DNA from: Pirellula staleyi DSM 6068
GTDB lineage: Bacteria; Planctomycetota; Planctomycetia; Pirellulales; Pirellulaceae
DNA length: 32,000 bases
NCBI GenBank assembly: GCA_000025185.1
Contig: CP001848.1
Span: 3,660,001-3,692,000 of the forward strand
Direction of reading: 5' to 3'
Below, piece by piece: positions 8,953 through 16,827 of this stretch. The number at the start of each line of letters is the position of its first letter. The stretch's first letter is position 1. The position numbers and the translations under genes are program-made. The notes under the pieces are model-generated. The model had not been told where the DNA came from, searched no databases, and saw only the letters and a list, made by a program, of their open reading frames with translations.

Positions 8953-9540
8953 ATGGCGGCTAAGCGAATTTTGATGCTCGTTGGCGACTATGTTGAAGAC
9001 TACGAAGTGATGGTCCCGTTTCAAATGCTGCTGATGGTGGGGCACGATGTGACCGCTGTTTGCCCTGGAAAAAAGCCGGGTGAAACTGTTGCGACAGCAA
9101 TCCACGACTTCGAAGGGGAGCAGACCTACAGCGAAAAGCGGGGGCATAACTTTCGACTCAACGGATCGTTCGATTTGGTCGATCCGGCGAGCTTCGATGC
9201 CCTGGTAATTCCCGGCGGCCGAGCCCCCGAGTATCTGCGACTCACACCCCGCGTGCTGGAAATTGTGCGGCATTTTGCTGATGCCAAAAAGCCGATTGCG
9301 GCTGTTTGCCACGGTGCCCAATTGCTCACGGCAGCAGGTGTTGTGAAGGGGAAAAAGATCAGTGCTTATCCCGCATGTGCTGCAGAGGTGACGCTCGCTG
9401 GAGGTGAGTACATTGCAGCCTCCGGAACATTTGATAACGCGGTGGTCGACGGAAATTTCGTCACTGCACCGGCGTGGCCCGCGCACCCAGCCTGGATCAA
9501 ATCGCTGCTCGATGTTCTCGGAACCAAGATCGAACTGTAG
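8953..9540 (+). CDS. DJ-1/PfpI family protein (PfpI-type intracellular protease/glyoxalase-like)
   Basis: 195 aa with ATG at 8953. There is close by-eye similarity to archaeal PfpI/PH1704 along the whole length: '[17 protein letters not shown]', nucleophile elbow '[12 protein letters not shown]', and '[18 protein letters not shown]'. Confidence 0.9.
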   Translation: MAAKRILMLVGDYVEDYEVMVPFQMLLMVGHDVTAVCPGKKPGETVATAIHDFEGEQTYSEKRGHNFRLNGSFDLVDPASFDALVIPGGRAPEYLRLTPRVLEIVRHFADAKKPIAAVCHGAQLLTAAGVVKGKKISAYPACAAEVTLAGGEYIAASGTFDNAVVDGNFVTAPAWPAHPAWIKSLLDVLGTKIEL

Positions 9541-9595
9541 TGTGTCGCCCCCATCTGGCTGAAAGATGATCGCCCGGTCGATGATCCCGAGGGAA

Positions 9596-9634
9596 CATCG
9601 CTCTGGGAAATGCATACGTGCTTTCCCAGCGATG
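9596..9634 (+). terminator. Strong hairpin 56 nt downstream of the PfpI-family gene (no U-tract)
   Basis: CATCGCT(C)TGGGAAA (9596-9610), 11-nt loop, TTTCCCAGCGATG (9622-9634). The stem is 13 bp with one bulged C. There is no T-run on either side, so a terminator role is uncertain. Confidence 0.35.
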
Positions 9635-9765
9635 TAAGGCGATCGTGCTTGGGTATCGCTACAGGCTTCGCGACGCGTCAACACAGCATCCATGCCGTGT
9701 TAACGTCGCGGAGAAACGAGCCAGTGCCGAAACACTGACTTCTCGAAGTGAACAACTCGCTGTTT

Positions 9766-9801
9766 GTGATCGTGGACGAGGATCCATCCTGCCACGATCA
9801 C
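9766..9801 (-). terminator. 36-nt nested inverted repeat downstream of the C26 hydrolase gene
   Basis: The outer arms are GTGATCGTGG (9766-9775) and CCACGATCAC (9792-9801). They enclose an inner palindrome, AGGAT-CC-ATCCT. The element lies about 70 nt beyond the minus-strand stop at 9874 and has no clear U-tract. Confidence 0.35.
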
Positions 9802-9873
9802 TGCGATGAAGGTCACTTTGCTTCCAGGCGGGCGCTTGGATGGAAATGAGGAGGCTGGATCAGTCGGTTTGCC

Positions 9874-10623
9874 TTACTGGGCAACTAGGCGTGGCGATCG
9901 CGAGTGCGAGATCACCCCCGCGATGAATTCTTCGAAAATGCGAACATCAAGCGCCGATGCCGAATCGCTTTCAGGGTGGAACTGGGTGCCGATAGCAAAC
10001 CAATCTTCCTGCGTGCTTTCGATCGCTTCGATCACACCATCGGGGCAACGAGCAGTGACGGTGAAACCACGCGCCACTTCGTCCACTGCCATGTGGTGCA
10101 TGCTGTTGACGCGGATTTCGCCATCGCCATACACGCGTTCCATCAGCGAACCCATCACCACCTGCAGGCCGTGGCGATGTTCGGGATCTTGCGGATCGCG
10201 GTGAGGGATCGAGTCGGGGAGATCTTCTGGCACATGCAGGTAGAGATTGCCACCTTGAGAGAGGTTCAGCAGTTGCATGCCGCAGCCGATGCCAAAGATG
10301 GGGAGTCGACGTTCAGCAGCCAGCCCTACGAGCAAGCGATCGAAGTCTTCGCGTCGGCTGTCCATGGGGCGGACGCTCGAGTGAAGCTGAAAACCGTCGC
10401 GACGTGGATCGAGATCGCCACCACCCACCAGCACCAAGCCATCGACGAGGTCGAGCACGCTGAGAATGTCGGCTTCGCAGTCGTTGGGTGGAAGGATCAG
10501 TGGGATACCTCCCGCCGCGATGATTTTGTCGTAGTAGCCCGCCGCGATGTACGTGAGGGCAGGTCCCTCTTTACGTGTGGCACGGAAGTCGGCATTCATA
10601 GCAATGATTGGCTTGGCAGGCAT
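9874..10623 (-). CDS. Gamma-glutamyl-GABA hydrolase-like class-I glutamine amidotransferase (peptidase C26 family)
   Basis: Motifs 'LPIFGIGCGMQLLN' (nucleophile Cys), 'VNSMHHMAVD' and 'GTQFHPE'. The track ORF (to 10863) starts at a TTG. The in-frame ATG at 10623 gives 'MPAKPIIAMNADF...' and a family-typical length of 249 aa. Confidence 0.8.
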   Translation of the reverse strand: MPAKPIIAMNADFRATRKEGPALTYIAAGYYDKIIAAGGIPLILPPNDCEADILSVLDLVDGLVLVGGGDLDPRRDGFQLHSSVRPMDSRREDFDRLLVGLAAERRLPIFGIGCGMQLLNLSQGGNLYLHVPEDLPDSIPHRDPQDPEHRHGLQVVMGSLMERVYGDGEIRVNSMHHMAVDEVARGFTVTARCPDGVIEAIESTQEDWFAIGTQFHPESDSASALDVRIFEEFIAGVISHSRSPRLVAQ

Positions 10624-11437
10624 CTGAGTCCCTTTCAGAAGCAGGTGGTAACCTTGAACCACGCTTGTGTTCTCGCGGGCAAATTGCGGTAACTTGCGAA
10701 AAATCTGCGAGAGCACAAGCGTCGAACTTTCCTCCAGTAACCTCGCCCGAACGCAAGATCCCGGCGCGACAAGCGGTCGGGAATCACAGGAATGTGCTGG
10801 GAAGATCTGTTCGATGATCACGCGAGCGGGAGAAGAAAGCGTGGTCGAAGTCGTCCCTGACAATCCAAGCAGCGTTTGGCATGAGGCCGATCAGCTGAGT
10901 CCATCCCGAACTCACTCTGGTCGATCGTGATCTCCATCTCACCCTGTCGGTGACGGCTGCTAGATGTGAGTCGAGCAGTCCGTTTTTGTCTTGGCCGACG
11001 CTTGCAGGTCGTGCGAATCAAGACTGGGCGTGAATGTAGGTATCTCGCGTCCCACCTCAAGGAGCCCCCATGATTTTGCGAGTTGGGGGCGATGCTGGCA
11101 CTAGAGCATGTGCAAGCACGCAAGTGATAGCGTTTTTGAGGAGTTCCTCAGGAACTCTAAAAATGTGACTGCGATTTTCGTCAATCAGTCATGAAAACTT
11201 GAGCAAAAAGTCTCGATGAACTCATGAGAAAGATGTTAGCAAACGTACAGTATATTTTCAAGACTAATGCGGAAACTCTGCACTCAATTGTTACGAACTG
11301 TTACAAAATGTTCACCTGCGGAGAAACTGCTCTTTTCTTCCTCCAAAACTTCTGCGACAAGCCTCCTCCCGCGATGTATGCGCGGCTGGTCAATGAGTGA
11401 ATTGGCCATTTTTCGCTTGTTTGCGAGAGGTTTTTCC

Positions 11438-11908
11438 ATGTCAACTTGTGGGCCATATCGTCTTGCGATGGTTCTGTCGCTGGTTTTCATTCTGGTTTTG
11501 GCGTCCTCGTTACCCGCCGAAGAGTCGGGATGGAAAATGCCTAACCTGAATCCCTTCGCAGCCAAAAAGTCATCTCCCCCTGCTAGCAAAAGCAAAGGAT
11601 GGGGAATGCCCAAGCTGTGGCCACAATCGACGGCTAAAAAACCGACGCAGCCCAGCACTTTCAGCAAGATGCAGACTGGTACGAAGCAGTTCTTTTCGAA
11701 GACCGCCGATGTGCTGAATCCCTTTGACGATGCGAACGATCCACCTAAGAGCAGCACCTCGAGCTCGTGGAATCCCTTCCGCAGCGCCTCGACGTCAGGT
11801 AGCACGCCTGCCAAGAAGTCGAGCTGGATGTGGGGCGCGGAAGAAGAAGAACCAAGTGGCCCGCGTACCGTCAATGAATTCCTGGCCCAACCAAAGCCCA
11901 GCTACTAA
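11438..11908 (+). CDS. Small secreted Lys/Ser/Pro-rich hypothetical protein
   Basis: An ATG at 11438 gives a Sec-type signal peptide, 'MSTCGPYRLAMVLSLVFILVLASSLPAEE'. Alternative in-frame ATGs are at 11267 and 11393. The mature part is low-complexity with repeated 'GW(K/G)MP.L.P' (11528-11560 and 11597-11623) and three NPF motifs. Confidence 0.55.
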   Translation: MSTCGPYRLAMVLSLVFILVLASSLPAEESGWKMPNLNPFAAKKSSPPASKSKGWGMPKLWPQSTAKKPTQPSTFSKMQTGTKQFFSKTADVLNPFDDANDPPKSSTSSSWNPFRSASTSGSTPAKKSSWMWGAEEEEPSGPRTVNEFLAQPKPSY

Positions 11909-12014
11909 TGGGGCCGATTGGACAAGTTCTGTTTTTAGCCACACAGCAGCTGAACTTGCCCCCTCGGGTTTCGTGCCATCTGCAGATGATGGCAGCCTAC
12001 TCCTGTCTAATCTG

Positions 12015-12046
12015 AGCCTCGTGAGACCACTCGCGAGGCTTTTTTG
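12015..12046 (+). terminator. Rho-independent terminator candidate
   Basis: AGCCTCG (12015-12021) pairs with CGAGGCT (12034-12040) and is followed directly by TTTTTT. It lies about 105 nt after the stop at 11908. Confidence 0.7.
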
Positions 12047-12249
12047 TTCCCCAGCCGCCGATTACCTCACCAAACCTGCGGGCTATTCCCCACGACAGGT
12101 GTAACCGACTCGACGCCCGGCGCTCATCCATTTACACTACGAAGGCTGGAAGTAAACGTTTTGGAGCACCTCGGCAGCCCCTGTTCCGGCTGAAGTCGCG
12201 GTGCACCACTGTTTAGCCACTCAACGATTTGCAAGCTAACTGAGAGTCC

Positions 12250-13551
12250 ATGTCGCGACGCGTAGTCATCACCGGTGTAGGGTTGGTAAGCCCACTTGGA
12301 AACTCAGCCGCCTCGCTTTGGCAAGGTCTCATCGATGGGGTGTCGGCAGTTGCCCCACTCACTTCGATTCCGACCGGAGGGTTCCCTACAAAATTTGGGG
12401 CCGAGGCTTTAGGGTTCACGAGCTCGATCGACGATTTCGGTCCGCTCGAGAAAACGATGTCGCGGAACATCAAAAAGAATCTGAAGGTGATGTGCCGCGA
12501 GATTCAGATGGGGGTCGCGGTCGCGCAGCTCGCCATCACCGACGCCAAGTTGCCGATGGCAAGTCTGAATCTCGAGCGTTTTGGAGCGGTCTACGGGAGC
12601 GACTACATGCTCACGTTGCCGCAGGAATTCACGGCGGGAATTCGTGGCTGCGTGGGTGCCGATGGCAAGTTCGACTTCACTCAGTGGGCCGAGCACGGTC
12701 TACCAGCCGTCGAGCCGCTGTGGCTGCTCAAGTACCTGCCGAACCTGCCAGCAAGCCACGTCGCGATTTTCAACGACTTGCGTGGCCCGAATAATTCGCT
12801 CACGATGCGTGAAGCATCCCCCAATCTGGCCGTCGCCGAAGCCTTCTGCACCATCGAGCGGGGACATGCCGACATTATGCTCGCCGGCGCGACCGGAACC
12901 CGCATTCATCCCGCGCGAACGATTCATGTCGCATTGCAGGAAGAAATCGCTCGCGGAGATTCGCCCGAAAAGCTGAGTCGTCCGTTCGATAAGAATCGCA
13001 CCGGACTTGTGATTGGCGAAGGTGCCGCAGCGATTGTGCTCGAAGAACTCGAATCAGCCCAAGCACGTGGGGCCACCATTTTGGCCGAAGTGATTGGTTT
13101 TGGAGCGTCGGCTGTCAATGAGAATGGCATCGGCAATACGCATGTCGCCGTGAAAAATGCCTTGGCACAATCGCTCCGAACATCGAAGCTGAAAATCGCC
13201 GACGTCGACCACCTGAATGCTCACGGTCTTGGGACCAAACAGAGCGATGCCGCCGAGGCTTCAGCCATTGCAGCCGTGTTTGGTGATCGAGCCAAGCCAC
13301 TTCCAGTGACCACCGCCAAAGGGCATATGGGCAACCTGGGAGCTGGCGGCGGAATGGTGGAAATGGTCGGCAGCGTGATGGCGCTTCGCGACGGTCGGCT
13401 GTTTGGAACGCTCAACTTCGAAACGCCCGATCCTGAATGCCCAGTTCATGTTGCGACTGGAAGCAGCACCCCGGCAGGCAAGAGTTTCATCAATCTGAAC
13501 GTCACCCCGCAGGGACAAGCATCGGCTGTGGTGGTGAAGGCTTTCGCCTAA
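12250..13551 (+). CDS. Beta-ketoacyl-ACP synthase II (FabF)-like protein lacking the active-site cysteine
   Basis: 433 aa with ATG at 12250. It is collinear with E. coli FabF by eye: 'RRVVITGVGLVSPLGN', 'SRPFDKNRTGLVIGEGAAAIVLEELESAQARGA', 'LNAHGLGTKQSD' and 'KGHMGNLGAGGG'. At the 'ATACTSG' position it reads 'TMREASP' (12802-12822). Confidence 0.8.
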   Translation: MSRRVVITGVGLVSPLGNSAASLWQGLIDGVSAVAPLTSIPTGGFPTKFGAEALGFTSSIDDFGPLEKTMSRNIKKNLKVMCREIQMGVAVAQLAITDAKLPMASLNLERFGAVYGSDYMLTLPQEFTAGIRGCVGADGKFDFTQWAEHGLPAVEPLWLLKYLPNLPASHVAIFNDLRGPNNSLTMREASPNLAVAEAFCTIERGHADIMLAGATGTRIHPARTIHVALQEEIARGDSPEKLSRPFDKNRTGLVIGEGAAAIVLEELESAQARGATILAEVIGFGASAVNENGIGNTHVAVKNALAQSLRTSKLKIADVDHLNAHGLGTKQSDAAEASAIAAVFGDRAKPLPVTTAKGHMGNLGAGGGMVEMVGSVMALRDGRLFGTLNFETPDPECPVHVATGSSTPAGKSFINLNVTPQGQASAVVVKAFA

Positions 13552-13740
13552 TGCTTTCTGCCGTCGGCTGCAGGCGGAATGCCGAGCCGCGGTTAGTTCT
13601 CTTGACCGTAATCGTTGGCCGCCGCATACTTACGCGCTTTCGACCCGACCAATCTCGCGCCCAGACGCTAGTTCGTTCCGGGCGCTCTCGAGTTAGCACA
13701 ACTTCGGCAGGGCTGCCGAGGCATTGAGGAGTAATGAGGG

Positions 13741-14724
13741 ATGAACCAGAAGCGCCAACAGCTGCAGCACAACACTTTGGGTGACATGATCGCCGAGAAG
13801 ATGGCAGCAGCTGAGCCTTACGCAGCTCAGATTTTCGTCGGCACGCTGGTCGGCCTGGCGATTCTGGGTGGCATCATTTGGTATGCCAGCTTGCCAGATA
13901 CACTCAGCGCAAGAGCCTGGGATTCCTACATGGCCGCTCTGGGCGATCGCGAGAGCGAAGTCGCCATGGCGAAGTTGGCCGAAAACGAAGAGTTTAAGAG
14001 CACGACCGCTTCGATTTGGGCGAAACTTTCGGTTGGTGAAATCGCTCTGCGCCGTGGAAGCGAAATGCTGTTCCGCGATCGCAAAGATGCTGGCGATAAC
14101 CTGAAGACAGCCGAGGAAGCCTTTAGGGATGTGGAATCGCGAGCCAGCGATGCCGAAATCAAAGCACGCGCTCAGCTGGGTCTGGCCAAAGTGTTGGAAG
14201 TGACCAACAAGCCCGAGGAAGCGAAAAAGTATTTCGAAATCGTCGCGGAATCGAAAAAGGGAACCACACTTGGCGACTTGGCCGCAGCTGGCGTAAAGCG
14301 CATGAGCAATCCCAGCAACGTTGCGGTTTTGGCATGGTTCGCCGAGCAATCGCCTCGCTTGCCATCGCCCATGCCAGGCTCGAGTGGCATGGGGCCAAGT
14401 CCATCGCTTCCATCCGACCTGCCAGGACGTCCCGATATCGGACTCCCTACGGATTTTGGATCCCCCAGCCCCGTGGGGCCAGAACTTCCTTCGCTCCCTT
14501 CGTTGGGCGATACCCCTGCGACCGACTCGCCAGCTGCTCCAGCGCCCGAGGCACCAGCTTCGGAAGCTCCCGCAGCTGAAGCACCAGCGCCAGAGGCTCC
14601 TGCAGCAGGAGAAAAACCGATTGAGCCTGCTCCAGCTGCCGAAGAAAAGCCAGCCGCCGAGCCAGCTGCTGAAGAAAAGCCCGCTGAATCACCAGCCTCT
14701 GAGGCTCCTGCCGAGTCGAAATAG
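13741..14724 (+). CDS. N-terminally membrane-anchored TPR-like (YfgM-like) protein with Pro/Ala/Glu-rich tail
   Basis: 327 aa with ATG at 13741 preceded by GAGGAG. There is a single TM helix 'IFVGTLVGLAILGGIIWYASL', then a helical repeat region ('AQLGLAKVLEVTNKPEEAKKYFEIV'), then a long low-complexity C-terminus. Confidence 0.6.
   Translation: MNQKRQQLQHNTLGDMIAEKMAAAEPYAAQIFVGTLVGLAILGGIIWYASLPDTLSARAWDSYMAALGDRESEVAMAKLAENEEFKSTTASIWAKLSVGEIALRRGSEMLFRDRKDAGDNLKTAEEAFRDVESRASDAEIKARAQLGLAKVLEVTNKPEEAKKYFEIVAESKKGTTLGDLAAAGVKRMSNPSNVAVLAWFAEQSPRLPSPMPGSSGMGPSPSLPSDLPGRPDIGLPTDFGSPSPVGPELPSLPSLGDTPATDSPAAPAPEAPASEAPAAEAPAPEAPAAGEKPIEPAPAAEEKPAAEPAAEEKPAESPASEAPAESK
14524..14721 (+). repeat. 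In-frame low-complexity P/A/E(K) repeat tract
   Basis: It encodes 'DSPAAPAPEAPASEAPAAEAPAPEAPAAGEKPIEPAPAAEEKPAAEPAAEEKPAESPASEAPAESK', built from reiterated GCN-CCN-GAR units. Confidence 0.7.
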
Positions 14725-14829
14725 TCGATTCGAGTTTCTCGCTACAGAGTTACTTGGTTACTTGCCGCAGTAGGTCTCGCAATTGGGCCCAGACACTAAG
14801 CTGGGCTAACTTTCCGATCATTCGAGACC

Positions 14830-15900
14830 ATGATGTCAAGCGACGCAGCGGAGAACGACGGTCCTATCGACGAGCCTGTTGTAGAGCCGGGCGAGGAGCT
14901 TGTGCTCGATGAGCGGCAAGCTGAACTCTCCGATGAACCGATTGAGCTTGTCGTTGAAGAGCGCGAGGCCGATGGTCGCCTCGATCAGTTTCTGGCGCTG
15001 CGACTCCATCGCTACAGCCGGATGCAACTCCGCCGCGTGATTGATGCTGGCGGCGTGCTTCTCAACGGATCGCGCGCGAAGGTGAAGGTTGCTTATCGGG
15101 TGAGTACAGGCGATCGAGTTTCGATCGTCCTTCCCGAGATGCCATCAGCCGGTCCGAACCCCGAGAAAATCCCGCTCGATATCCTGTTTGAAGACGAGCA
15201 TCTGATTGCCGTCAACAAGCCACCGGGAATGGTGGTCCATCCTGCTCGCGGTCATTGGTCGGGGACACTTACGAGTGCGCTGGCGTTTCATTTTCAGCAG
15301 CTGAGCACGGTGGGAGGACAGCATCGACCGGGCATCGTGCATCGACTCGATCGCGACACCAGCGGCGTGATTATCGTTGCCAAAACCGATCCTGTTCACT
15401 TTTCACTAGCGGCACAATTCGCCGATCGAACGACGGCGAAAGAGTATTTTGCAATCACGGCGGGAGTTCCGGATCGAGATCGCGATGTCGTTTCGCAGCC
15501 CATCGGCATCCATCCGTTTCATCGGGAGAAAATGGCGATTCGTCCTGGTCATTCGACGAGTCGCGACGCGGAAACGATGTTCCATGTTCTCGAGCGATTT
15601 GCACAGCATGCTGCTGTAGAGTGTCTCCCAAAAACAGGACGCACGCACCAGATTCGGGTGCATCTCGCACATGTGCGTACGCCGGTGCTGTGCGACAAGC
15701 TCTATGGTGGTCGGGCCGAGATTACCCAAGGGGAACTTGTGCGGGATGGAAGCACCGAAGTGGTTTTGAACCGCCAGGCGCTCCATGCTCGCAAACTTTC
15801 AATCAACCATCCGAAGACTGGTGAGCGGCTCACGATCGAAGCACCACTTCCGGCCGATTTGCAGCGCGTGCTCGACTTGCTACGGAGTACGAAACCTTAG
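14830..15900 (+). CDS. rluD: RluA-family 23S rRNA pseudouridine synthase (RluD-like) with acidic N-terminal extension
   Basis: 356 aa. It has an S4-like segment 'RLDQFLA...SRMQLRRVIDAGGVLLNG', the catalytic motif 'HRLDRDTSGVIIVAKT', and 'GRTHQIRVHLAH'. Confidence 0.85.
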   Translation: MMSSDAAENDGPIDEPVVEPGEELVLDERQAELSDEPIELVVEEREADGRLDQFLALRLHRYSRMQLRRVIDAGGVLLNGSRAKVKVAYRVSTGDRVSIVLPEMPSAGPNPEKIPLDILFEDEHLIAVNKPPGMVVHPARGHWSGTLTSALAFHFQQLSTVGGQHRPGIVHRLDRDTSGVIIVAKTDPVHFSLAAQFADRTTAKEYFAITAGVPDRDRDVVSQPIGIHPFHREKMAIRPGHSTSRDAETMFHVLERFAQHAAVECLPKTGRTHQIRVHLAHVRTPVLCDKLYGGRAEITQGELVRDGSTEVVLNRQALHARKLSINHPKTGERLTIEAPLPADLQRVLDLLRSTKP

Positions 15901-15914
15901 GCTGCTGTATGGGC

Positions 15915-16691
15915 CTAAGTCTTGGCAGCACTGGGGACGATGCTTCGCACTAGATCGCTGGTCGCAATCGGCCGGACAGCTGTGAAAGTTTCAGCCGCTT
16001 CAAAACCGCAGGGTGCTCCTGCCGCCATTGCAAGTCCGCGAACACGATCCAGCACGTGAGCCTTGGCTGGCGGAAACTGTGTCTTGTAGCAGCGCACCGA
16101 TTCGATCTTCTTTTCGATGGTTTGCGAGATATCAACTGTGATCTGATGGGGCGATGCGCTTGCGCTCGAAGGTTCAAAAGCCAACCGAAAATAGACCTGC
16201 GATGCAATGGAATGAACCGGGAGATAGTCGAATGTTTCATCCCATTTGGTCAGCCGCGAATAGAACACGGCGGCATCGGTGATTTGCATTGCTTGCCAGT
16301 GGTCGGGAGATGCTAGAGGGGTCTTGTCGCCAAAACCAATCACCAGCTTAGGGCGATAGCGGCGAAATTCTTTGGCGAGCATTACGCGGGCTTCGAAAGT
16401 GTCGAACAGCCGCCGATTGGGGAGTGTCAGAATCTTGCGGACGTGCACTCCCAGTGTCTGAGCCGCTTCTGCAGCTTCGGCGTGGCGCACCTCAGGGCTC
16501 GGCGAGCCAGGAGTCGGTTCGCCGTCGGTCAGGTCGATGATACCCACACGATAGCCTTGCAGCACCAGCGATGCCAAGGTTCCGCCGCAAGAGATCTCGA
16601 TATCATCGGGATGAGCACCGACCGCGATGACATCCAGCGGCTCGGGAAGGTCGATCTTAGGGGATTCAGCAGGCACGCAGAGTAGCTCCAT
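15915..16691 (-). CDS. PIG-L/LmbE family deacetylase (BshB1-like)
   Basis: 258 aa with ATG at 16691. Signature '[20 protein letters not shown]', followed by '[13 protein letters not shown]' and 'ASPDHW'. It is convergent with the RluD-like gene, with a 14-nt gap. Confidence 0.8.
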   Translation of the reverse strand: MELLCVPAESPKIDLPEPLDVIAVGAHPDDIEISCGGTLASLVLQGYRVGIIDLTDGEPTPGSPSPEVRHAEAAEAAQTLGVHVRKILTLPNRRLFDTFEARVMLAKEFRRYRPKLVIGFGDKTPLASPDHWQAMQITDAAVFYSRLTKWDETFDYLPVHSIASQVYFRLAFEPSSASASPHQITVDISQTIEKKIESVRCYKTQFPPAKAHVLDRVRGLAMAAGAPCGFEAAETFTAVRPIATSDLVRSIVPSAAKT

Positions 16692-16740
16692 CGCGAGTTC
16701 GATAGCAAACCTATGACTGGCACCATTGTAGGAAACGAAG

Positions 16741-16776
16741 CAATAAAAAAAGGGCCGGTCCCGTAAAGGACCAGCC
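16741..16776 (-). terminator. Rho-independent terminator of the 16828-17712 gene
   Basis: The minus-strand RNA reads GGGCUGGUCC-UUUACG-GGACCGGCCC. That is a 10-bp stem with one G-U pair, followed by UUUUUUUAUU. The stem occupies 16751-16776 and the A-run occupies 16744-16750 on the plus strand. Confidence 0.85.
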
Positions 16777-16827
16777 CTTGATATTTACTGGCGATGATAG
16801 TGCCCAGCTCGAGATTCGAGTGGTGGA

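Noticed and set aside
8836-9693. 285-aa minus-strand ORF covering the PfpI-family gene
   Set aside because: The plus strand aligns end-to-end with PfpI/DJ-1 proteins, while the antisense product is Cys/Arg-rich with no family features. The same reasoning applies to 9904-10692 (antisense to the C26 hydrolase), 13693-14349 (antisense to the TPR-like gene) and 23225-24040 (antisense to the ATP-grasp).
10624-10863. 80-codon N-terminal extension of the C26 hydrolase ORF in the track
   Set aside because: The extension starts at a TTG (caa at 10861-10863 on the plus strand). Its sequence is unconserved-looking, and the family normally begins close to the ATG at 10623.
11070-11168. 32-codon ORF with AAGGAG 5 nt upstream of its ATG
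   Set aside because: I did not call it as a feature. It is too short to judge from sequence alone, has no recognisable peptide class, and overlaps the GAGTTCC/GGAACTC palindrome. I kept it only as a check item inside the 10624-11437 finding.
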